A stretch of DNA of 64,000 nt, taken from the NCBI GenBank assembly GCA_048941625.1, contig JBHLNK010000006.1, positions 1,652 to 65,651 on the forward strand, given 5' to 3'. The stretch's first letter is position 1. Every line of letters begins with the position of its first letter. The notes under the pieces were generated by a model. It saw only the letters and a list, made by a program, of their open reading frames with translations. It had not been told where the DNA came from and did no database searches. The stretch comes from Promethearchaeota archaeon. Its GTDB lineage: Archaea; Asgardarchaeota; Lokiarchaeia; Sigyniarchaeales; SOKP01. Below are positions 1 to 9,379 of this stretch, one piece after another. Position numbers and translations under genes: made by a program.

Positions 1-259
1 TTAGATTCCATCCAAATAAGCTTGTTGCTGAGTTTAATGCTAATAAGTATAAATTAAGTTTGAACTTTTCCAAACGAATCGGAAAAACTGGAATTGAGTC
101 CGCAGCAAAAACTAAATCAGGGAATCCTGATGCAACAGAAATAAGAGTTTTTTTTTCTTTATTTTTTTTTTTCTGGGAATATTCTCTTCCAGTTAAGAAA
201 TTGTAAGCGATTTTTAAAACTGATGTAAAATTTACAATATCATCAGCATATACGCTCAT
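1..259 (-). CDS. 2-hydroxyacyl-CoA dehydratase / benzoyl-CoA reductase BcrB/C-family subunit, N-terminal part only (gene runs off the window start)
   Basis: Hand translation of the minus strand from ATG (257-259) gives MSVYADDIVNFTSVLKIAYNFLTGREYSQKKKNKEKKTLISVASGFPDLVFAADSIPVFPIRLEKF... This is colinear with the N-terminus of the 22565-23920 product (MSLIADDIVRFSSVLRIAYNLLTGRDYLKRKKFREKKKLISVALPFSDLVYGFPELVPVFPIRMHEF). The frame stays open to base 1. Confidence 0.6.
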   Translation of the reverse strand, partial: MSVYADDIVNFTSVLKIAYNFLTGREYSQKKKNKEKKTLISVASGFPDLVFAADSIPVFPIRLEKFKLNLYLLALNSATSLFGWNL

Positions 260-467
260 TTTAATAAACCTTACTTATACATTTTTTTTAATTCTAATCC
301 TCTAGAATCTATTTTTAATTTTTGATTATAGAATATATTAAGATTTTAAGATATAATAATTAATTTGTTAAATCTAGTAATTCCAATAAAGGAACAAGTA
401 CTTTTATTTTAAAAATAGATTATATAGACATAAAATTAATAAAAACTGATGCAAACAAAATATTAAG

Positions 468-950
468 ATGAAGTTTAAAAAAAAGTTGAAGAAGATTGAA
501 TGGAAGCAAAGTATTATCAAGAGTATAATCTATAGATCAATAACTTTATTATTAGGTACATTAACTGCATATCTAATTACAGGAAGTGTAGCCATAGCAA
601 CAGGAACAGCACTATTAACTGAAGCGGTTCAATCTGTGAATTATTTTATATATGAATTAACGTGGAGTAACATTTCTAGAAGAAAACTGGAAAAGAAGAT
701 AATTGAAAAAATTAAACGAAAACAAATTAACTTAAAATTAGATTATTCTTCAATAAAAGAATTAGCTTATCAATTATCTCAAATTGATACATTTGTTCCA
801 AAATTATATCTATCTACTATGCAAATTTTCAATAATATGTTGGAAAACGAAGAAATAGAGGAGATACATGATGATATTGTTAAATATAAAGCATATTTTG
901 AATCCGTTCATTCAGACAGAAAACTTTTCTTTCCAAAAGAAGAAGATTAG
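468..950 (+). CDS. Small membrane protein, DUF2061-like N-terminal two-helix domain plus charged C-terminal tail
   Basis: N-terminus KSIIYRSITLLLGTLTAYLITGS...LTEAVQSVNYFIYELTWS resembles the DUF2061 hairpin pattern. The remainder is hydrophilic and helical. Confidence 0.4.
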   Translation: MKFKKKLKKIEWKQSIIKSIIYRSITLLLGTLTAYLITGSVAIATGTALLTEAVQSVNYFIYELTWSNISRRKLEKKIIEKIKRKQINLKLDYSSIKELAYQLSQIDTFVPKLYLSTMQIFNNMLENEEIEEIHDDIVKYKAYFESVHSDRKLFFPKEED

Positions 951-1051
951 ATAAGAATTATAAAATACTTCTATTAATTGTTCATAAACTAAATTAGGGT
1001 AAGTAATATATAAATAAAATTAACATAAAAACTAAAAAGCAACATTCACTA

Positions 1052-2824
1052 ATGACAAAATTTTACCAAAAAATAAAAAACATTCATAGAAAAATAATTA
1101 AAAAGAAGAAACATAATTGGTTTTTAATATTCTCTCTTACATTTTTTATAGTTTCTTTAGGATGTTTGTATGCTTTTAGATTTGAAAGTTATTTAATTTA
1201 TGAGAGAGTAGTTTTTCAATCATCAAACATGACACTTTACGCAGATTTATATCACCCGACTAATCAAGTAAGTTTTCAACAAAAAGCCCCTTTAATTATA
1301 TTTGCTCATGGTTTAGGAAGTCAGAAGGATTTAGATCCACGTGTTCCGAATGAATTTACGAAAAGAGGCTTTTATGTAGCAAGTATAGATTATAGAGGAG
1401 ATGGTGAGAGTGGAGGGCATCTTTTAGATATAAATACTAATATGTATATGAACCGAACAAATATTCCATCTATAGCTCAAGACTGTTCTAGATTGCTAGA
1501 TACATTATCGAATATGAATTTTTTTATAAATATAAATACGTCACAAATTGGATTAGTTGGACATTCATTAGGGGGTATGGTCGCTTTAATGAATGGTGCG
1601 TTAGATGATAGGTTTAAGTTAACTGTTACGTGGGCAGGATTAGTAAACTTTTCTGCAGAGTTTTTTGGAATTTCTGAAGATCATCCTTTTATGAAATACA
1701 TTCCTGCTAGAATTATTAATGAAACCAATCCAAGTAACTTAATGGTTATCCACTCTATCTATGATACAACGGTGCCTTTTAATGAAAATGCATTAGTAGC
1801 AAAAAATCTCACCAATTGTAAATTAGTTGAAATCAAAAGTCATCTTTTTGGAGGGCCTCATTACCTCTTTTCAGATCAAGTAATTTCAGAAACAATAAAA
1901 TGGGTTGAGCTACATTTTTTCAATTCTGAGACAAAAAATGGACCTATTAGATTATCTTATGTTATAACTTACATTTTAATTGGTTCAAGTTTTATAGGAT
2001 TATTTTTAACAACCTTAGCTATTATGAAGTATTCATTTAAATACTTTTCAATTAAAAATGATCCTGACAAGCGTAAGAAAGTAAATTCTTCTACTATAAC
2101 AGATAAAATATCAAACAGAAAGCATATTATATTTGTTGTTCTATGCTTTTCTGGTTTTCTAACTCTTTGGATAATAATGTTAAAATTGTTCGGTTTAACT
2201 AGTTTACTAACTACTCCAATAATTTTCCTTATAGGTTACTTTCTCTACATATTAATAAAATACATAATTACTGCCGAAATAAAAGGTGAAAAAATTAGTG
2301 TTTATATAGAACTACGACTAAAAGATGAGATTAAATCTCAGTTTCACAAAAAAGTTATGCTTTATTCAATTCTTTCGTCTGCAATTTTTTTAGTATTATA
2401 TATTAGCTTTTCACTTACATACCCATTTGCATTTTTTTCTCCAGTAAACTTATTATCATACATCTTAACTTTCGAAATTTATCCTTTTTATTTGGCTATG
2501 GAATTATTTTATAGAAAAATTCTATATCCAAAACTTGATTTCATAAAATCAGCAAAAAACAAAACGATATTTATTTCATTATTGGAGATGATAAATATCT
2601 TTATTTTATTCTATTTTTCTTCTCCTTTATTCCTAATTAGTGCAATGCTCGTAACATATATGATATTTCTTGCTGTTATGGTAATGAACTCAATTATCTA
2701 TGAGAGAACTAACAAATTCAGTTCTGTTATGATAAGTTCCTTTATAATCATACAAATATTTTTTGGTTCAGTGGTTTCAACAATCTTAGGATTTGGCTCA
2801 ATTGTTAAATTGCTCCATGTTTAA
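1052..2824 (+). CDS. Alpha/beta-hydrolase (serine hydrolase) fused to a C-terminal polytopic membrane domain
   Basis: N-terminal anchor helix, then a nucleophile elbow GHSLGG (VGHSLGGMVAL) in an alpha/beta-hydrolase context (IIFAHGLGS...DYRGDGES). The C-terminal ~290 aa consists of many hydrophobic helices. Confidence 0.7.
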   Translation: MTKFYQKIKNIHRKIIKKKKHNWFLIFSLTFFIVSLGCLYAFRFESYLIYERVVFQSSNMTLYADLYHPTNQVSFQQKAPLIIFAHGLGSQKDLDPRVPNEFTKRGFYVASIDYRGDGESGGHLLDINTNMYMNRTNIPSIAQDCSRLLDTLSNMNFFININTSQIGLVGHSLGGMVALMNGALDDRFKLTVTWAGLVNFSAEFFGISEDHPFMKYIPARIINETNPSNLMVIHSIYDTTVPFNENALVAKNLTNCKLVEIKSHLFGGPHYLFSDQVISETIKWVELHFFNSETKNGPIRLSYVITYILIGSSFIGLFLTTLAIMKYSFKYFSIKNDPDKRKKVNSSTITDKISNRKHIIFVVLCFSGFLTLWIIMLKLFGLTSLLTTPIIFLIGYFLYILIKYIITAEIKGEKISVYIELRLKDEIKSQFHKKVMLYSILSSAIFLVLYISFSLTYPFAFFSPVNLLSYILTFEIYPFYLAMELFYRKILYPKLDFIKSAKNKTIFISLLEMINIFILFYFSSPLFLISAMLVTYMIFLAVMVMNSIIYERTNKFSSVMISSFIIIQIFFGSVVSTILGFGSIVKLLHV

Positions 2825-4098
2825 ATGGATTTAGGTAGAGTTGTAAAATTTTTATCAAGTGTTATCAAAAGTAATTGTGTTATTCTGCAAGCTTCAAGTA
2901 ATATTTGAGGATCCACTTTATCGGGAGTATCTTCAATGCTATGAGAATAGTTAGCGGCAGCTCTAGTTGTAATATCAATTGAATCAAACTTTCTTAAATG
3001 GAAAGGAATTGAATCTGTGTGAGCTCCAAGTGAAACATGAAATTCTTCATAGTCAATCTTCTCATGATTTGCTATATTTTCGAAATATTTACTTAATATT
3101 GGAGAAATTTTTTTTCTTGGAAGAATACCATAAGATTTTATATATTCTAAAAGATTTTTATTATGATTTTTAGCTGAAACCATGTCAAAGTTAATTTGAT
3201 AAGTAAAATCTTTAGTAAATTGACTTTCATTGAGATCTAGAAATTTTCGAGAGCCCATTGTCCCCAATTCTTCTGCTGAAAATTGGCAAAACCATAAATT
3301 GAAGTTGTTTAAAGGAAAATTTTTAAAAAACTTAGCTAATTCAAATACTATTGACATGCCACTAGCATTATCCAAAGATCCTCTAGAACGGTTTTCAATT
3401 CTTAGAATTAGTAAAAGAACATTCGAAATAACGGTTAAAATGGTAGCTAATAAAATAACAATTTCTATTAATAGAACTAATTGAATGAAATGTTCAGATA
3501 ATAGATGAACATCTACTAAATACAGTGTATAAAATGTAAATAACACAATTTCACTGTAAAGCCATGTTCTGGCTAATATGACTCTCCAAATAGTTTTAAA
3601 AGTTTGTGATTTTGAATCTAAATGGGCAGAAACAATCAAATTTCCAACTTTTTCTGACAATGAATTTTTAGCAGGTATCTTTACAAAAATGTTTGTTGCT
3701 TGAAAGAATTTCCCGAAATACTTTTCCCAAAATCCTCTTAATTCTGGGTATCTTAATGCTTTAAGCATTGAAAAGAATATTAAAACTAAAATTAAAATAG
3801 ATATGAACACTAGAAACCTATTTAAATATTTTATAAGCAAAATAATAGATACAAAAATCAAATTCAATAGAATAATTATTTTTACCATAAATTTTGAATA
3901 AAATGTTGAAAATTCAAAACCTTGCGAAATAATATGATCTTTTTTATAACCAATCTTCTTGAACGTCTCAATAGTAAGTTCAACTGCTCTCCTCTCTCCT
4001 TGTGTTCCAACTAATCTGGGAAAACTAAATTTTTTTACATAATCATTCAATTTATCCTTATCAAAAGGATTTTCTTCTATAGATTCTTCAAAAGTCAA
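2821..4098 (-). CDS. M28-family zinc metallopeptidase with transmembrane hairpins inserted into the catalytic domain
   Basis: M28 motif order is HxD (VSAHLDS), DNASG (SLDNASGMSIV), EE (FSAEELGTMGS), D (INFDMV), H (YSHSIEDT). Hydrophobic stretches lie before HxD and between HxD and DNASG. Confidence 0.7.
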   Translation of the reverse strand: MTFEESIEENPFDKDKLNDYVKKFSFPRLVGTQGERRAVELTIETFKKIGYKKDHIISQGFEFSTFYSKFMVKIIILLNLIFVSIILLIKYLNRFLVFISILILVLIFFSMLKALRYPELRGFWEKYFGKFFQATNIFVKIPAKNSLSEKVGNLIVSAHLDSKSQTFKTIWRVILARTWLYSEIVLFTFYTLYLVDVHLLSEHFIQLVLLIEIVILLATILTVISNVLLLILRIENRSRGSLDNASGMSIVFELAKFFKNFPLNNFNLWFCQFSAEELGTMGSRKFLDLNESQFTKDFTYQINFDMVSAKNHNKNLLEYIKSYGILPRKKISPILSKYFENIANHEKIDYEEFHVSLGAHTDSIPFHLRKFDSIDITTRAAANYSHSIEDTPDKVDPQILLEACRITQLLLITLDKNFTTLPKSI

Positions 4099-4196
4099 GA
4101 TATAACTTGTTTTTATTAATTTTCTATTTTATTTAATTAATTTCCCCATTTGATCTAAAAATTCTAGACAAAAGGTTTTAATATATAATTAGTAGT

Positions 4197-4706
4197 TTGG
4201 ATTATAAAAATTTTAAAAGGTGGTATATAATTTATAAAAAAATATTAATTGGTATTGATGGGTCCGAACACTCTTACAAGGCTTTAATGAAGGCAATAGA
4301 TCTCCAAATATTAACTAAAAGTAAAGTGATCATATTTCATTCAGTAGAGCATCATGCTGAGCCAGCAGGTGGTATGTTTATGGCACCATCATTTGGCGTA
4401 CCTCAAGTTTTTAATAATTCAAGTCTAGACATACAAAGAATAAAAGAAGTATACGAACAAAATGCTCAAGCCATTATAGGAAGAGCTAAAGAAATCTTTA
4501 TGGAGCAAGGAATAGAAGCAGACACACGATTAGTAATTGAACATGAACCTGTTTCATACATTAAAAACATGGTTGAAAAAGAAGGTGTTGATCTTGTCAT
4601 ACTCGGAAGTAAGGGTAACCATTCACTTCTTGAAGAAATTCTACTTGGTTCAGTCGCAGATAAAGTTTTAAGACATATTCCTGTTGATATTTTAATAATT
4701 AGATAA
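4197..4706 (+). CDS. Universal stress protein (UspA family)
   Basis: KKILIGIDGSEHSYKAL...DLVILGSKGNHSLLEEILLGSVADKVLRHIPVDILII is the typical USP ATP-binding fold pattern. The true start may be ATA/ATT at 4227/4230 downstream of AGGTGG (see findings). Confidence 0.85.
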   Translation: MDYKNFKRWYIIYKKILIGIDGSEHSYKALMKAIDLQILTKSKVIIFHSVEHHAEPAGGMFMAPSFGVPQVFNNSSLDIQRIKEVYEQNAQAIIGRAKEIFMEQGIEADTRLVIEHEPVSYIKNMVEKEGVDLVILGSKGNHSLLEEILLGSVADKVLRHIPVDILIIR

Positions 4707-4777
4707 AATATGCTTAAATTTTTTTTGTTTTTTAATTATTTTTAAGTAAGAAAGTAAAAATAAAATAGTAATTAGAA

Positions 4778-7234
4778 TTATTTTTTCAATTTTTTCTTAT
4801 CTCTTCTGTTTAAGAATCTTATTATCCAAACCTTTAAATAATTATTACCAACAAATACTAGTAAAGCAAATAACCATATAAAGCCTGCTAATGTCCAACC
4901 TATTGGTGACATAAATACTCCCATGGCAGCAAAAATAGTCGCTATTACTTGAGTTGATTCACAAGCGATAAAGAGAATTTTTGATGGAAAAGGTCGTTTC
5001 CAGAAGTGATTTTCTTCTGTTCTAGTGAGATAAATGGTCATATGACCCGCTACTGCTAACTTCAAAAATATAAATGTTTGTAGAACCCCAATACTTAGTT
5101 GAAATATAAATTTTCCAATTAGAAATACAGAAAAACTGAAAAGAACTCCCGCAATACCTAAAACTGATGATATAATAAGAATTCTTTGCATTCTCCATCT
5201 AACAGGTTTTTCAGCAATTTTTGTATTATCAAAAGCAATAGTCATTATTGGTAAATCATTTAAAAGAGCTAAAATAACAATCATTACAGCAGTTATAGGA
5301 TAAAATGCAAAGATTGTAATAGAAAGAACTAGAAATATTAGAATTCGTATAGTTTCTGCAATTCGATAAACAGCATAACTTTTCATTCTTTCAAATATCT
5401 TTCTACTTTCTTCTGTAGCCTTAATAATAACTGAAATACCAGGATCAGTTAAAACTATATCTGCCGCGGATTTTGCTGCATCAGTTGCATTTGAAACTGC
5501 AATACCAACATCTGCTTTCTTTAAAGCAGGAGCATCATTTACTCCATCACCAGTCATACCAACAACATGATCTTTTTCTTGTAGGAGTTCTACAATATGA
5601 TATTTATGTTCGGGATAAACCTCTGCGAATCCATCTGCCTTCTCAACAAGACTTATAGTTTCATTATCATCCTTCTCCATAATTTTTGATGAGACAACTA
5701 TATTTGTCCCAATTCCTAGATTTTCTCCTATCTGTTTTGCGATTTCAACGTGATCACCAGTTACCATTTTTACTTTTATACCTAATGATTTTGCTGTTTT
5801 AATAGTATCCAAAGAATCTTCTCTTGGAGGATCATGAAGCGCTACAATTCCAACATATTCCCATTGATTTTGATTATTAGTTTTCGCTACCGCTAGAGCT
5901 CTAAATCCTGAAGATGCGAATTTTTTACCTTGATTATTAACATTTTCTTGAAATTCTTGATTACCTTTTACTAAAGATAAAATTACTTGAATAGCACCCT
6001 TAGAAACACGAAATTCAATATCATTTTCATCTTTTATCATTGCTTCTGTTCTTTTAATAACGGGATCAAAAGGTTTAAATGACAATAATTGATAATTTGA
6101 ATATAAAGAGTGAATTTCTTGCTTTTCTTTTACAATATCGAAAAATGCATCATCAATAGGATCTTTACTTTCTTCTTTTGATGCTAAACTTCCATAAACA
6201 ATAACATCATTTTCTGAAAATTTCCCATATGGGTTAACATTTGCTATAGAAATTTGATTTTCAGTAAGGGTTCCTGTTTTATCACAACATAGAATATCTA
6301 TGCTAGCTGCTTCTTCAATAGAAAGTAATCTACTTACAATAGCCTTTTTCTTAGCTAATTGCATAGCTCCTACTGCCATTGAAACCATCATAACAGCTGG
6401 TAGTGCCACTGGAATCGCTGCTACTATTAAAACTAAAGCAAATTGAAGAATATAGAAGAAAGCTTCAGCTCTTAGGAATCCCACTAAAAAAATAATAGAT
6501 ACAAGTATTACTGCTAATATTATAAGATAATTACCAATCTTAACAACAGCTGTTTGAAAGTGGCTCTTAGTTTTTGCATCTTCAACTAGTTGTGTTGTTT
6601 TTCCAAAAAAAGTATTTAATCCTGTCCCTACAACCACTCCATCCATTTCACCTTGACGAATTATAGCCCCTTCATATGCCATATCTGAGATTTTTTTATC
6701 AACAGGTAATGATTCGCCTGTTAGAACAGATTCATCCAACGTGAGATATTCCCCTTCTATCAATTTTATATCTGCAGGAATAATATCTCCTAATCGAATA
6801 TGTACAACATCTCCAGGTACTAAATTAACTGCTTCTGTTTCTATCCATTTTCCATTTCGAAGAACTTTAGCCCTTAATGCAAGTTTTTCTTTTAATAATT
6901 CAATTGCATTATCTGCTTTGTTTTCTTCCCAGAAACGTACAACACTATTGATTAATAGCATTGCAATAATTATTATGAAATCATCCCATTCTTCTATAAT
7001 TGCAGAAAGTACAGCTGCGATTTCAATCATCCAAGGAATAGGTCCCCAAAAGTTTTTCAAAAATTTTACAATTGGTCGAGCTTTTTTTTCGGGTATCTCA
7101 TTACGACCATATTTATCTATTCTTTCTTTAATATCAGTTTCATCTAAACCATTTTTCGTTGTTTTAAGTTCTGAATAAACTTCATCTATGCTTAATTCTT
7201 TTGCTTTTTCGGTAGTTAAAATACTTTCAGTCAT
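4778..7234 (-). CDS. P-type ATPase, plasma-membrane H+-ATPase-like (P3A type)
   Basis: CDKTGTLT phosphorylation motif, TGES, MVTGDH, and GMTGDGVNDAPALKKADVGIAVSNATDAAKSAADIVLTDPGISVII. The last is nearly the plant/fungal PM H+-ATPase hinge. About 10 TM helices. Confidence 0.85.
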   Translation of the reverse strand: MTESILTTEKAKELSIDEVYSELKTTKNGLDETDIKERIDKYGRNEIPEKKARPIVKFLKNFWGPIPWMIEIAAVLSAIIEEWDDFIIIIAMLLINSVVRFWEENKADNAIELLKEKLALRAKVLRNGKWIETEAVNLVPGDVVHIRLGDIIPADIKLIEGEYLTLDESVLTGESLPVDKKISDMAYEGAIIRQGEMDGVVVGTGLNTFFGKTTQLVEDAKTKSHFQTAVVKIGNYLIILAVILVSIIFLVGFLRAEAFFYILQFALVLIVAAIPVALPAVMMVSMAVGAMQLAKKKAIVSRLLSIEEAASIDILCCDKTGTLTENQISIANVNPYGKFSENDVIVYGSLASKEESKDPIDDAFFDIVKEKQEIHSLYSNYQLLSFKPFDPVIKRTEAMIKDENDIEFRVSKGAIQVILSLVKGNQEFQENVNNQGKKFASSGFRALAVAKTNNQNQWEYVGIVALHDPPREDSLDTIKTAKSLGIKVKMVTGDHVEIAKQIGENLGIGTNIVVSSKIMEKDDNETISLVEKADGFAEVYPEHKYHIVELLQEKDHVVGMTGDGVNDAPALKKADVGIAVSNATDAAKSAADIVLTDPGISVIIKATEESRKIFERMKSYAVYRIAETIRILIFLVLSITIFAFYPITAVMIVILALLNDLPIMTIAFDNTKIAEKPVRWRMQRILIISSVLGIAGVLFSFSVFLIGKFIFQLSIGVLQTFIFLKLAVAGHMTIYLTRTEENHFWKRPFPSKILFIACESTQVIATIFAAMGVFMSPIGWTLAGFIWLFALLVFVGNNYLKVWIIRFLNRRDKKKLKK

Positions 7235-7371
7235 TTTTCACACTATAATTTCTCATAATATTTTTAATAAATTTTTGAAGTAATCTAGTTAATTCAAATC
7301 ACAATGAGATAAGATCTATTTTAAATCCTACACATAAAAATTATAAATTGAGAGAAGAAATTTGTACTAGC

Positions 7372-9081
7372 TTAATTAATCATACTTTTCCACAGTGGTT
7401 GTTTTAGTAATTTATAAGATTTTAAGGCATATTCCTCCATCATACGATTTGTATTAAAATAGGCTCCTAATCGTATTGCATATTTCATTCTTTCTTGCCA
7501 ATCGCTTTGATCTTGATAATAAAGTGGAATAATTTCATTTTCTAATTTAATATATAAGTCTTCAGCATCAGATTTATCATTCATTTCTTCTGCTTTTGGA
7601 TCAGAAGGGTCAGGTCCTATTGCCCATCCTGCCTTTTTATCAGACATATAATAACCTTCTATCCACCACCCATCTAATGTAGAAAAATTAAGTACTCCAT
7701 TAATAGCAGCTTTCATTCCACTGGTTCCACTTGCTTCTAAATATCTTCTAGGATTATTAAGCCACAAATCTACTCCACTTACTAACAATTTTGCCAAAGA
7801 AATTTCATAATTTTCTAAAAATACGAGTCCTATATCGTATGAATTCCATAAAAAATTACTATAATCGTATATCTTTTTAATGAAGGATTTAGATTGTATA
7901 TCAGCTGGATGTGCTTTCCCAGCAAAAATTAATTGGGCTTTTCCTTTAATAATTTTGGCTAATCTTTCAAGATCAGTAAACATTAATAGCGGACGTTTAT
8001 ATTCAGCTATTCTCCTAGCAAATCCTATCGTTAATAAATTTTTTTCAAATAAGATCCATGAATGAGAATTTTCGTATTCAATAAGACGATGTTTGGCTTT
8101 ATTATGAGTTCTCCACAGTTCATTTTTATCTAGATTTAAAGCATTATTAAAAAGCTCAAAATTGTGATGCCAATCTCTTGTTAATTCATTATTAAGAAAA
8201 TCTCTCATGTATGGAGTCAACCAATAACCTAAATGGACACCATTCGTTATTTGGTTTACTTTATAGTTTGGAAACATTCTTTTTGATACTTCTGTATGTT
8301 TTTTTGAGACGGCATTAATATAACCACTTGCATTTAAAGCTAGGAGTGTCATATTGAGTGTTTTCTCTCCAGCAAAATCACGAATATTGGTAGGTAAACG
8401 ATTTCGAAAGACATCATATACTAAATTGTAATCAAATTCCTCTAGTCCCGCTCTTACCGGAGTATGAGTAGTAAAGACACAATGATTTTTTACAGCTTCT
8501 AGATTGTTGTATTTTTCTAACAGCTCAAAAATTAAAAAAGCCGCATGCCCTTCGTTAAGATGATATGTTTTTATATTATTGTATCCAAGTTTTTCTAACA
8601 TTCTATAGCCACAAATACCAAGAATCATCTCTTGAGCTATTCGTTGAAATGGATTTGCGTCATATAACATATGGGTTAAATTTCTTTGCCATTGCTCATT
8701 TTGGTCGAGATCAGTATCTAATAATATGACATGTACTTTATGGCCATTTCGACCTATAATTTCGTACTTCCATGCTTCAACTGAAATGGATTTATCTTGT
8801 AGCTCAAGAATTACCTGTTGATCTATTCGCTCAAAATCATCACTAAAGTCCCACTCCATTTCTTTTTCGATTTGTTCTCCATTTGGACCTAATTGTTGAT
8901 AAAAGTAACCAGCATCATATACCAAAGTCACAGCTATCATTGGTATGCCCATATCAGCGGCAGATCGAAGTGCATCTCCAGCTAAAATACCTAACCCTCC
9001 AGAATATATTGGTAAACTACTTTCTAAAGCAATTTCCATTGAAAAGTAGGCAATTTCTTGAATTTTTTCTTCTTTTTTCAC
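7372..9081 (-). CDS. glgP: Alpha-glucan (glycogen/maltodextrin) phosphorylase, GT35 family
   Basis: SGGLGILAGD near the N-terminus, and EASGTSGMKAAINGVLNFSTLDGWW containing the pyridoxal-phosphate lysine motif. Confidence 0.9.
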   Translation of the reverse strand: MKKEEKIQEIAYFSMEIALESSLPIYSGGLGILAGDALRSAADMGIPMIAVTLVYDAGYFYQQLGPNGEQIEKEMEWDFSDDFERIDQQVILELQDKSISVEAWKYEIIGRNGHKVHVILLDTDLDQNEQWQRNLTHMLYDANPFQRIAQEMILGICGYRMLEKLGYNNIKTYHLNEGHAAFLIFELLEKYNNLEAVKNHCVFTTHTPVRAGLEEFDYNLVYDVFRNRLPTNIRDFAGEKTLNMTLLALNASGYINAVSKKHTEVSKRMFPNYKVNQITNGVHLGYWLTPYMRDFLNNELTRDWHHNFELFNNALNLDKNELWRTHNKAKHRLIEYENSHSWILFEKNLLTIGFARRIAEYKRPLLMFTDLERLAKIIKGKAQLIFAGKAHPADIQSKSFIKKIYDYSNFLWNSYDIGLVFLENYEISLAKLLVSGVDLWLNNPRRYLEASGTSGMKAAINGVLNFSTLDGWWIEGYYMSDKKAGWAIGPDPSDPKAEEMNDKSDAEDLYIKLENEIIPLYYQDQSDWQERMKYAIRLGAYFNTNRMMEEYALKSYKLLKQPLWKSMIN

Positions 9082-9379
9082 TTTTCTCGAATATTTCTTT
9101 TTTTTTAAAATTATAGAATGTAATATTATTTTTACTATTATAAGAATATCCCCTAAAAATCTTAAGTTAGCAATACTAATTATTGAAAATTTGAAAAATA
9201 AAATTAATGATTTAAGATGAAGAAATAGCCAAATAAATTTTCTCTTTAAATTGTAAGTTTTAAGATGTTAGTAGGAAAATGATAGACATATTATATCATG
9301 AATTTATAAAATTTTATCCATAGCTTTAAAAAGGCAATTATCTGTCTGACTTCAAATAAATCATAGAATGCGCTAAATT

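Noticed and set aside
148-172. T9 and T11 homopolymer runs (A-runs on the coding strand) inside the partial dehydratase gene, considered as a frameshift or phase-variation site.
   Set aside because: The reading frame is intact across both runs. They encode a Lys-rich linker (QKKKNKEKKT) that is also present in the paralogue (KRKKFREKKK). There is no evidence of disruption.
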